Part shown: positions 18,119 through 26,027 of the stretch, piece by piece
How positions within the stretch are numbered: position 1 is the first letter of the stretch
Layout: the number at the start of each line of letters is the position of its first letter
Source: Candidatus Uhrbacteria bacterium
GTDB lineage: Bacteria > Patescibacteriota > Patescibacteriia > UBA9934
DNA length: 64,000 bases
Reading direction: 5' to 3'
NCBI GenBank assembly: GCA_903827265.1
Contig: CAIKHN010000009.1
Location: 151 to 64,150 of the forward strand
Translations under genes and position numbers: made by a program
The notes under the pieces: model-generated
Database searches by the model: none
The model's input: the letters and a program-made list of their open reading frames with translations, nothing else
Told to the model about the DNA's origin: nothing

Positions 18119-19015
18119 ATGTCCACAGCAACCACGATCATCATCTTCTATAAATACGTCCAGATTTCAGACCCAAAAACATTTGTCGCTCTCCAGCGGG
18201 AGATGTGCGAAAAACTGGGCCTTTTGGGACGAATCCTCATTGCGACTGAAGGGATAAATGGCACCCTTGAAGGAGCAACGGAATCGATTGCGGAGTATGA
18301 GGCTTGGATGCACACGTTGCCGGAATTTGCAGGGCTTTGGTTTAAATCAAGCCCAGGGACGGGAGACGCGTTCAAGAAGCTCGTCGTAAAGCTCCGAACG
18401 GAGATCGTGGCGACAGGACTTTCAAAGGAGCAGGATCTTGATCCAAACGTCACCACCGGGAAACACATCGATCCCGATGAGCTGAAACGATGGATCGAAA
18501 ATGGTGAAGAATTCGAAATTATCGACATGCGCAACGATTACGAGTACGCTGTGGGCCACTTTGCCAATTCCAAAAACAGCACCATGGCGAACTTTCGTGA
18601 CTTACCAAAGATTGCTGCAAAGTTTGAAGGACTGAAAAAGAAAAAGGTGCTCACGGTGTGTACGTATGGCGTGCGATGTGAGAAAGCGTCGGGATTTCTG
18701 AAACAAGAAGGATTCGAGGACGTGTATCAGCTGAACGGTGGAATTGGAACGTACATGAAGCAATTTCCTGGGGAGGACTTTTTAGGATCGCTGTACGTCT
18801 TTGACAGGCGGATGACTGAACAATTTACAGACAAATATATGGTGATTGGTGAATGCACGGCATGCGGTTCAAAGACAGAGCGATTCGGAAATTGCGCATG
18901 GCATGAATGTCACAAGCAGTTGTTGATTTGTTTCAACTGCGCAAAACATGCAAAAGGTATTTGGTGCAACGACGACTGTATGGTTGGTGCAGCGTCAGGC
19001 GTTCCGATTCGATAA
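18119..19015 (+). CDS. trhO: Rhodanese-domain tRNA uridine(34) hydroxylase TrhO (UPF0176/YceA family) with a C-terminal Cys-rich zinc finger
   Basis: N-terminal IIFYKYV.I.DP motif. Rhodanese active-site Cys (CTYGVRCEKA). C-terminal CTACGS…CAWHEC…CFNCAKH. The start is trimmed from track ORF 18020..19015. Confidence 0.7.
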   Translation: MSTATTIIIFYKYVQISDPKTFVALQREMCEKLGLLGRILIATEGINGTLEGATESIAEYEAWMHTLPEFAGLWFKSSPGTGDAFKKLVVKLRTEIVATGLSKEQDLDPNVTTGKHIDPDELKRWIENGEEFEIIDMRNDYEYAVGHFANSKNSTMANFRDLPKIAAKFEGLKKKKVLTVCTYGVRCEKASGFLKQEGFEDVYQLNGGIGTYMKQFPGEDFLGSLYVFDRRMTEQFTDKYMVIGECTACGSKTERFGNCAWHECHKQLLICFNCAKHAKGIWCNDDCMVGAASGVPIR

Positions 19016-19023
19016 TTTCTTCT

Positions 19024-20478
19024 ATGGACCACGGCAATGTCATCGTTCGATTTGAAAACGTCTCATACGCGTATGACGGGGATTACCCGATTCTTGACGA
19101 CGCGAACTTTTCCATTCGTGAGAACAGCAAGATTACGGTGATGGGCCAGAACGGCGCGGGAAAGAGCACAATTTTCAAAATGATTTTGGGGGAGATCAAG
19201 CCTGACGCAGGGCAGATTCACATTCAAAAAGGTGCGTCGATCGCTATTGGCCGACAGGTCATGCATCGCGAGCATCTTACGGAATCCGTGCGCGATTTCT
19301 TTGCACACGCATTTCCAGAAATTACGTACGATCTCGATCGGCGTATTGCTGAGGTTCTTGAGGCGGTAAACCTTGTTGCGCCGCTTGAAAAGATTATTGG
19401 TGAGTTTTCTGGCGGTCAGCAAGCACGATTATTGCTTGCATACGCACTCATTCAAGAGCCGGACATTTTGCTGCTCGACGAGCCAACAAACAATTTGGAC
19501 CGTGACGGAATCGACCATCTCACTGGTTTCTTGATGATGTACCAAAAGACAGTTCTCGTTATTTCGCACGACGCCGATTTCTTGAATGCGTTTACCGAGG
19601 GCGTGTTGCATTTGGATGTGTATCGTCATCAAACCGATATTTACGTGGGAAATTACTCCGACGTTATTGAAGAAATCGCTGCTCGTGTTGAGCGCGATCG
19701 TGCAAAGAACGCGCAGTTGTTGAAAGAGATCCAAGACCGCAAGGACAAGGTGAACTTTTTCGCAAACAAAGGAGGAAAAATGCGTAAGCTCGCGAGTAAG
19801 CTGAAAGATCAAGCAGAAGAAGCAGAAGAGAATATGGTCGAGGTTCGTCGTGATGATCGGACCATTAAGGATTTCACCATTCCAACGCAAGATTTCATTG
19901 AGACGATGGTGACGATGACGTCGGTGAAGGTGATTAAGAACCATGAGCCGCGTGATGCGAAGGTGCACATTAAGCTGCGCCGTCGTCAGAAGTTGTTGGT
20001 ATCTGGAACAAACGGCATTGGGAAAAGCACATTGCTTCGCGCGTTGGCCGGAGGAAAAACGGAAGGCCTCGCGATCGATCCAGGCGTAAAGGTCGGATAT
20101 TACAAACAAGATTTTTCTGGACTCGACTTTGACCAAACCGCGTACGATTCGCTCGCGTCAGTTATGGAACTAAAGTCGAATGAAACGCTTCGTGCAGTCG
20201 CTTCGCAGTTCTTGCTTACGAGCGCTGTCCTTCAGAACACGGTCGGGTCGCTTTCAGAAGGGCAGAAAGGTTTGCTCTGTTTTGCTCGATTCGTCTTGCA
20301 GGCCCCGGGGTTGCTTATTCTCGACGAGCCAACGAACCACATCAACTTCCGCCATCTTCCTGTTATTGCAAAGGCGATCGACGAGTATCAAGGCTGCGTG
20401 ATTATGGTGAGCCACGCACCAGAATTCGTGTCGCAAATTCACTTCACCCAAACGCTCGACATGAGCACGTTGAGTTAG
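19024..20478 (+). CDS. ABC-F family ATPase (two tandem NBDs, no TMD)
   Basis: Two Walker A motifs (GQNGAGKST, GTNGIGKST), two signature motifs (FSGGQQAR, LSEGQKG) and an inter-domain linker. Confidence 0.8.
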   Translation: MDHGNVIVRFENVSYAYDGDYPILDDANFSIRENSKITVMGQNGAGKSTIFKMILGEIKPDAGQIHIQKGASIAIGRQVMHREHLTESVRDFFAHAFPEITYDLDRRIAEVLEAVNLVAPLEKIIGEFSGGQQARLLLAYALIQEPDILLLDEPTNNLDRDGIDHLTGFLMMYQKTVLVISHDADFLNAFTEGVLHLDVYRHQTDIYVGNYSDVIEEIAARVERDRAKNAQLLKEIQDRKDKVNFFANKGGKMRKLASKLKDQAEEAEENMVEVRRDDRTIKDFTIPTQDFIETMVTMTSVKVIKNHEPRDAKVHIKLRRRQKLLVSGTNGIGKSTLLRALAGGKTEGLAIDPGVKVGYYKQDFSGLDFDQTAYDSLASVMELKSNETLRAVASQFLLTSAVLQNTVGSLSEGQKGLLCFARFVLQAPGLLILDEPTNHINFRHLPVIAKAIDEYQGCVIMVSHAPEFVSQIHFTQTLDMSTLS

Positions 20479-20487
20479 CCGTTTGGT

Positions 20488-20515
20488 TCAGTCATCCCCG
20501 CGCAGGCGGGGATCC
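20488..20515 (+). repeat. Hairpin repeat R1 copy (tcagtcatccccgcgcaggcggggatcc), followed by a second hairpin (gaacgggacgagc-gaa-gctcgtcccgtt) serving as the ABC-F terminator
   Basis: Sequence identity with the copies at 10466 and 27857. Confidence 0.7.
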
Positions 20516-20587
20516 ATCAGAAAGCGTGAACGGGACGAGCGAAGCTCGTCCCGTTTCGTTAATCAGCGCGTCGCTGATCCGTTGTAC

Positions 20588-20920
20588 CTATCCGCAGATC
20601 GACCACTCGCGAGCATACGTTCCCGTGGTGCTGAGCAGCCGTTGCAGTCGTTCGGCGGCGCGTTGCCGGCGGGCGACTGATTCGCGGTTGTGAGGGTAGT
20701 CGAATTCCAGATCCTGCTTGCCGCGTGCGTAGAGAAGGAGCGTCGCGATCGACACCTTCTTTCCCTTCACACGAGGGTACGCGATTTGGAAGTCCAGCCA
20801 CGGAAGATGTGCGGTGATTTCCGCAGTCGCCGAGGCGGTCGATTCATGCCCCAGACTCTTGAGAAGTTTTCGGTTCTGTTCTCGACGGGCGGTGGAGTGA
20901 AGGTGATGACGACGCGCCAT
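20588..20920 (-). CDS. Hypothetical ORF in a GC-rich, poorly coding-looking segment (possible gene remnant)
   Basis: Overlapping ORFs on both strands (20483..20680, 20559..20801, 20690..20971) show no clear single reading frame. Confidence 0.2.
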   Translation of the reverse strand: MARRHHLHSTARREQNRKLLKSLGHESTASATAEITAHLPWLDFQIAYPRVKGKKVSIATLLLYARGKQDLEFDYPHNRESVARRQRAAERLQRLLSTTGTYAREWSICG

Positions 20921-20978
20921 GAGGAGATCTCCGCGTTCGGTTTGTGGCCTCAGGCAAGGCCGGGGGAGTGAGTGACGC

Positions 20979-21023
20979 CTGAAGAAAAACGACCTGTCTT
21001 TTGGACAGATCGTTTTTCTTCAG
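20979..21023. promoter_or_regulatory. Large near-perfect palindrome (20-bp arms: ctgaagaaaaacgacctgtc-ttttg-gacagatcgtttttcttcag) upstream of the two-component operon
   Basis: Seen directly. There is one mismatch between arms and no flanking T-run. Confidence 0.4.
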
Positions 21024-21263
21024 TCACGCGCGTTTGCACGTTGCGTTATACAGAATGAATCGATCTGTCGTTGGCACAAGGAAGGACGCGCGTAAAATCG
21101 CAAAGGCCATGGATTGGCATTGCGATCGCGAGCGACTTCTTTGTATACGACTGAGCGTTCATATGGATATATTGAGAATACCATAGATTTTTTGCATTGC
21201 AAGAGAATTGTGGATATTGTGGCTTCACGGTTCCTTCATGTGGCATCTGTATACTTGAAGCGT

Positions 21264-21929
21264 ATGAAAATCCTCGTTGTTGAAGATGAACAAAAATTAA
21301 ATGCCGCGATTACTCAGGGTTTGCGAAGTCGTGGGTATACCGTTGATACGGCGTTTGATGGGAAGGAGGGGGAGCGCATTGCTCGCGAATATTCGTATGA
21401 CTGTATCGTGCTCGATGTGCTGATGCCGGTTATGGACGGACTGACAATGTGCAAAAATCTTCGGGCAGCTGGGGTGCAGACTCCTGTTCTCTTCCTCACG
21501 GCGAAGAGTGACGTTCATGAGAAGATTGCTGGGTTCAATGTTGGTGCTGATGATTACGTCGCAAAGCCGTTTTCGTTCGATGAACTTGTTGCTCGCATTC
21601 GAGCAATCACGCGTCGAGCACCGAATGTTCAGGGCGACGTTCTTACGCTCGACGGATTGCTCCTCGATACGCGGTCGCAAATCGTGACGATTAACGGCAA
21701 GCCGGTCGATCTTACATTGCGTGAGTATGCGCTTTTGGAATATTTTCTCCGCAATCAGAATGCTGTGGTGACGCGTGAGGATATTCTCTCGCATGTGTGG
21801 GACCGATTTTATGACTCGTTCAGTAACGTCGTCGATGTTCATCTGAAAAATCTGCGAAAGAAATTGCCAAAGGATTATGCGAAACGTATTCAAACGGTTT
21901 GGGGGAAGGGATACCGGCTCGTTTCGTGA
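21264..21929 (+). CDS. OmpR-family response regulator (receiver plus winged-helix)
   Basis: MKILVVEDE… with receiver Asp in VLDVLMP and T/K residues. C-terminal …TVWGKGYRL. The start is trimmed to the internal Met at 21264. Confidence 0.85.
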   Translation: MKILVVEDEQKLNAAITQGLRSRGYTVDTAFDGKEGERIAREYSYDCIVLDVLMPVMDGLTMCKNLRAAGVQTPVLFLTAKSDVHEKIAGFNVGADDYVAKPFSFDELVARIRAITRRAPNVQGDVLTLDGLLLDTRSQIVTINGKPVDLTLREYALLEYFLRNQNAVVTREDILSHVWDRFYDSFSNVVDVHLKNLRKKLPKDYAKRIQTVWGKGYRLVS

Positions 21930-22911
21930 CGAATACTTCCGGACGCGTATTGCGTTAACCGCAATTTACACGGGTATTCTTGTGATTCTTTTAGTACTGT
22001 CGAGCGGAATTACTCGAGCGGTATTCTCTGAGCGCTTGAGTCAGCGGTTTGCGTTGGTGATCGATCAAAACGATCGTATTCATCCGGTGGTGTTTCCGGT
22101 GAACGTCGAAAACGTTACCAAAGATCTTTCGGACACACTCATGCTCGTCAATGGCATTTTGGTTTTTGTATCCGTCTTCGTGAGCTATCGACTCGCAACA
22201 CGAACCTTGAAGCCAATTGAGAAAGCGTATGAGCGTCAGCGACAATTTCTGAGTGATGCGTCGCACGAACTCCGTACGCCGCTCGCAATTTTGCAGGCGA
22301 ACCTCGAAAACGAACGCGATTCAGGATCGGTAGAATTACAGCATTCCGCGGAGAGTCATTTGGAAGAAGTGCGTCGGATGAGTACGTTGGTTCATGATGT
22401 GCTTTCGTTATCAAAACTCGAACACACCGGATCAAGTGCTGTTCGTATGCCGATTATTGTGAATGATGTTGTACAGACTGTTGTTGACCGGTTGTCGTCG
22501 ATTGCACAGCAGAACACTGTTTCATTGACGCTTGAAGACGCCTCGGAAACGTTTACGGTTTTTGCGGCTGAAGAACCGTTGATTCGTGTGCTGACGAACG
22601 TTGTTGAAAATGCGATTTTGTACAACAAGCGAGAAGGATCTGTGACGATATCAGCGGCGCGAGAGGGTGAGCATGTACGGATCGATGTTGTTGATAGTGG
22701 CGTTGGGATTTGTGAAAACGACGTTCGGAAAATTTTTGATCGATTCTATCGCGCAGACAAGAGTCGATCTCGCCGAACAGGGGGAAGCGGTTTGGGGCTT
22801 TCTATTGCGCGGTCGATTGTGGAATCATTTGGTGGAACGATCGAAATGAAGAGCGTTGTCGACGTTGGGACAACCGTCAGTATTCGTTTGCCTATCCACA
22901 GTGCTTCATGA
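21877..22911 (+). CDS. Sensor histidine kinase (two TM, HisKA, HATPase_c)
   Basis: H-box SHELRTPL. N, G1 and G2 boxes (…NAILYNK…DSGVGI…GGSGLGLSIA…). 53-nt overlap with the RR gene; the true start may be a downstream non-ATG codon. Confidence 0.8.
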   Translation: MRNVFKRFGGRDTGSFRDEYFRTRIALTAIYTGILVILLVLSSGITRAVFSERLSQRFALVIDQNDRIHPVVFPVNVENVTKDLSDTLMLVNGILVFVSVFVSYRLATRTLKPIEKAYERQRQFLSDASHELRTPLAILQANLENERDSGSVELQHSAESHLEEVRRMSTLVHDVLSLSKLEHTGSSAVRMPIIVNDVVQTVVDRLSSIAQQNTVSLTLEDASETFTVFAAEEPLIRVLTNVVENAILYNKREGSVTISAAREGEHVRIDVVDSGVGICENDVRKIFDRFYRADKSRSRRTGGSGLGLSIARSIVESFGGTIEMKSVVDVGTTVSIRLPIHSAS

Positions 22912-22966
22912 TTGCTTCATTGAGCGTTTTTTATAGTGTCATCGTCACTCTTAAGCACATTGTTCT

Positions 22967-23485
22967 ATGACCATCACAAAAAAGTCTGTGGTAACTGCAG
23001 CGATAGTTGCGACGCTTGGTATGGGTGCATTTGGTGCGACAACGGTGTTCGCCGCATCTGATTCGTCAGTGGGTCATAATCCAATGCAGAAAATCGTGAC
23101 GGCTCTTGCAACAAAATTTCATTTGAACGAAAAAGATGTTCAAGCAGTGTTCGACGAACAGCGCGGTGCCATGCGCGAAAACCATCAAGAAAACGCAAAA
23201 GATCATCTTGCACAGGCGGTGACGGACGGAAAGCTAACCCAGGCGCAGGCTGATGCGATTACGACAAATATGGAATCGCAGAAGACATTCTTTGAAAGTC
23301 TGAAGAACATGTCTGCCGCGGATCGTGATACAGCAATTGCCGAAAACATGAAAACACAAAAGGCATGGGCAGAGGCACAGGGGCTCCCAAAGGCGTTTAT
23401 GCCGTTTGAAAAAGGTGATCGCCCAGGGTTTGCTGGCGGGGTGCATGGGAAACGCGGTATGATGGACCGCGTTGAAAACGACTAA
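22967..23485 (+). CDS. Secreted helical protein, CpxP/Spy-like (LTxxQ motif: KLTQAQADAI)
   Basis: Signal peptide, all-helical low-complexity sequence, LTxxQ motif and a position directly downstream of the two-component system. Confidence 0.4.
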   Translation: MTITKKSVVTAAIVATLGMGAFGATTVFAASDSSVGHNPMQKIVTALATKFHLNEKDVQAVFDEQRGAMRENHQENAKDHLAQAVTDGKLTQAQADAITTNMESQKTFFESLKNMSAADRDTAIAENMKTQKAWAEAQGLPKAFMPFEKGDRPGFAGGVHGKRGMMDRVEND

Positions 23486-24044
23486 CAATCCGTCTCTTAT
23501 GCAGCGTACTGTTCAACGTGTCTCAATCCTAGTTGCCGCACTGCTTCCGGTCGTTGTGCTTGGTTTCTATGTTCTTCAACCGAAAACCCCGCCGCCGGAA
23601 ACCGCTGCATCAGTCGTTGCGGTAACGCAGTCATCATCAACAACGAAGACTGCGACATCAGCCACTACACCAACGACGACACAACAAACGACGAAAACGA
23701 CACCTTCATCAGCATCAACGTCTGCAACGACAACGCCGTCGTATGCGTACAAAGATGGAACGTACAGCGTTACCGCAACGTATCGCGTTCCAGAAGCCTC
23801 GGCGCAGAAGCTTGGGGTTTCGCTTACCATCGTGAACGACGTTATTACTGGTGCGGCGGCGACGAACATGGCAACAGACCAAACGTCCAGCATGTATCAG
23901 AATGCATTCGTAAGCGGGTATAAAACATCGGTTGTTGGAAAGAGCATTGCGAGCCTTCAGCTCGGAAAGGTGTCAGGCTCCTCACTCACGACCGCGGCTT
24001 TCAACGATGCTCTCACTGCAATTCGAAAAGAAGCGGCAATATAA
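23472..24044 (+). CDS. Membrane-anchored FMN-binding domain protein (Thr/Ser-rich linker plus FMN_bind domain; probable ApbE substrate)
   Basis: N-terminal TM helix. 60-aa T/S/P-rich linker. C-terminal YKDGTY…VSGSSLTT…AL is typical of the FMN_bind domain. Confidence 0.55.
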   Translation: MKTTNNPSLMQRTVQRVSILVAALLPVVVLGFYVLQPKTPPPETAASVVAVTQSSSTTKTATSATTPTTTQQTTKTTPSSASTSATTTPSYAYKDGTYSVTATYRVPEASAQKLGVSLTIVNDVITGAAATNMATDQTSSMYQNAFVSGYKTSVVGKSIASLQLGKVSGSSLTTAAFNDALTAIRKEAAI

Positions 24045-24046
24045 TT

Positions 24047-24922
24047 ATGGAACACCGTCAGGAGTTCCATGCGATCGGTACACATTGGTGTATTGATTTC
24101 CCCACAACACTCGACGCATATCGCGTCGAGTTTGTGATGCAGCGCATTCATAGCCGTATCGATGAGTTCGATAAAACGTACTCGCGCTTTCGTCCGGATT
24201 CGATCGTGACGATGATGTCGAAGACGACGGGTCGGTACGAATTGCCGTCGGATGCTGCGCCGATGCTCGCGTTGTATCGGAGACTGTACGATCTGACCGA
24301 TGGCGCTGTTACGCCGTTGATTGGTCAGACACTTTCTGATGCTGGGTATGACGCGGCATATTCACTGAAGACAAAATCGATGTCGTCGCCGAAGCGCTGG
24401 GACGACGTCATGCGTGTTGAAGGATCGGCGATCGATCTTCTTGAGCCTGTGCTTTTAGATTTCGGCGCCGCAGGAAAGGGGTACCTCATCGATATTGTTT
24501 CTGAAATTATCGAGAGCGAGGGAATCGATTCATACTGCGTTGACGCCGGTGGCGATATGCGATATCGGAGTTCGGCGGGGGAGGTTCTGCGTGTCGGCCT
24601 TGAGGATCCGTCGAACGTGTCGCAAGCCATCGGTGTTGCGTCGATCGTCAACAAAAGTATTTGTGGATCTGCGGGGAATCGCAGAACGTGGGGAGCGTTC
24701 ACCCATATTCTCGATCCAAAGTTGTTAACGTCGCCAAGGCATATTCTTGCGGTGTGGGTTATTGCAGACACGACGATGCTCGCTGATGGCCTGACAACCG
24801 CATTAATGTTCGTTGATCCCGAGGTGCTTCGACCGGAATTCGATTTCGAGTTTGCAATAGTGCACGAAGATTTCTCGCTCACACGATCAGCGGGCTTTCC
24901 AGGCGAATTCTTCCAATCATAG
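24047..24922 (+). CDS. apbE: FAD:protein FMN transferase (ApbE family)
   Basis: ApbE pattern with LLDFGAAGKGYLID…. Confidence 0.7.
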   Translation: MEHRQEFHAIGTHWCIDFPTTLDAYRVEFVMQRIHSRIDEFDKTYSRFRPDSIVTMMSKTTGRYELPSDAAPMLALYRRLYDLTDGAVTPLIGQTLSDAGYDAAYSLKTKSMSSPKRWDDVMRVEGSAIDLLEPVLLDFGAAGKGYLIDIVSEIIESEGIDSYCVDAGGDMRYRSSAGEVLRVGLEDPSNVSQAIGVASIVNKSICGSAGNRRTWGAFTHILDPKLLTSPRHILAVWVIADTTMLADGLTTALMFVDPEVLRPEFDFEFAIVHEDFSLTRSAGFPGEFFQS

Positions 24923-24965
24923 CGATTCCCGTGTACGCTGTGGGCAAGAATCATTAACTATCGCT

Positions 24966-25325
24966 ATGGAAACTGTGTTTCTTCTTGGGAAGATTGTACT
25001 TGGTGCGTATTTCATTTTTGCAGGTATTCCTCATTTTACTAAAGCAAAGGGCCTCATTGAGTACTCGAAGTACAAAAAGGTTCCAATGCCAGAAGTTGGC
25101 GTGTACGTCAGTGGAATCATTTTGGTTCTTGGCGGACTCGGCATTCTCTTCCAGATGAACCTTGTGTGGTCGTACGGACTGCTTGCAGCGCTCCTCGTGG
25201 CGTTTGCGGTAATGGTTCACAATTTCTGGACCGTCACTGACGAGAAGCAGAAGATGACCGACATGATTATGTTCCAAAAGAACATCGCGATCGCTGCCGC
25301 TCTCCTCATGCTCCTTGCGAAGTAA
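24966..25325 (+). CDS. DoxX-family membrane protein
   Basis: Four-TM DoxX pattern. Confidence 0.65.
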   Translation: METVFLLGKIVLGAYFIFAGIPHFTKAKGLIEYSKYKKVPMPEVGVYVSGIILVLGGLGILFQMNLVWSYGLLAALLVAFAVMVHNFWTVTDEKQKMTDMIMFQKNIAIAAALLMLLAK

Positions 25326-25330
25326 GCGGA

Positions 25331-25369
25331 AACAAAAAAAACACCCGGCCAATCGGTCGGGTGTTTTTA
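25331..25369. terminator. Bidirectional terminator (A8-acacccggcc-aatc-ggtcgggtgt-T5) between doxX and greA
   Basis: Hairpin with flanking A-run and T-run. Confidence 0.65.
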
Positions 25370-25882
25370 TTATGCGATCGCGATGACGGTGTAGTGCGTT
25401 GTTCGATCGTCGACTCTTACCTCGACCACATCGCCGACAATTGCACCGAGGAGTGCTTTGCCAATGGGAGAATGATGGGAGATTTTTCCTTTCATTGGGT
25501 TGCTCTCTTGTGAACCGAGAATCTCGTAGGTGTAGGTCGATGATCCCGGATCGAGCTTTACGGTCACGATCGATCCAATGCGAACTTTCGTCGATCCGGC
25601 TTCATGAATGATGGGAATTGCGTGCGCAATTTTTTCGGTGAGTGAAAGAATTCGACCGTTGATGCGCCGAAGATTTTGTTTTGCCCATTGGTAGCCTGCG
25701 TTTTCTGAAAAATCGCCCATTTCGCCGGTGCGAACAACTTCTGCCGCAGCAACGCCGCGTTCAACATCAATAAGCCGCTGAAGCTCGCGTTTCATCGCCT
25801 CAATCTTTTCCGGTGTGAAATGCAAATCAGGTTCTTCGGTTTGCTGACGTTCGAGTTCTTTCTTTCTGGTAGGAAGTCTCAT
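25370..25882 (-). CDS. greA: Transcription elongation factor GreA (paralog 1)
   Basis: GreA N-terminal coiled-coil plus C-terminal FKBP-like domain (…GDFSENAGY…). Confidence 0.8.
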   Translation of the reverse strand: MRLPTRKKELERQQTEEPDLHFTPEKIEAMKRELQRLIDVERGVAAAEVVRTGEMGDFSENAGYQWAKQNLRRINGRILSLTEKIAHAIPIIHEAGSTKVRIGSIVTVKLDPGSSTYTYEILGSQESNPMKGKISHHSPIGKALLGAIVGDVVEVRVDDRTTHYTVIAIA

Positions 25883-25891
25883 GAAATGTAT

Positions 25892-25979
25892 TCGTCATTG
25901 CGAGGAGGGTAATCCCGACGCGGCAATCCAGGTGAACCTAGATTGCCGCGTCGAACGATTACGTCCTCCTCGCAATGAC
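25892..25979. promoter_or_regulatory. Nested perfect inverted repeats in the greA / ABC-F divergent intergenic region. Outer 16-bp arms are cgtcattgcgaggagg / cctcctcgcaatgacg. Inner 12-bp arms are gacgcggcaatc / gattgccgcgtc.
   Basis: Seen directly. The 88-bp two-stem structure lies between divergent starts. Confidence 0.45.
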
Positions 25980-26027
25980 GGAGGAGATATTTAACGCTTC
26001 TTATAGGTTTAGTGTACCCTTCCTGCC

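Noticed and set aside
20588-20700. Resemblance of HHLHSTA…LGHESTASATAEITAH to tyrosine-recombinase box II
   Set aside because: The motif is degenerate with no catalytic Tyr. It sits at the N-terminus rather than the C-terminus of the ORF, and the region lacks a clear frame.
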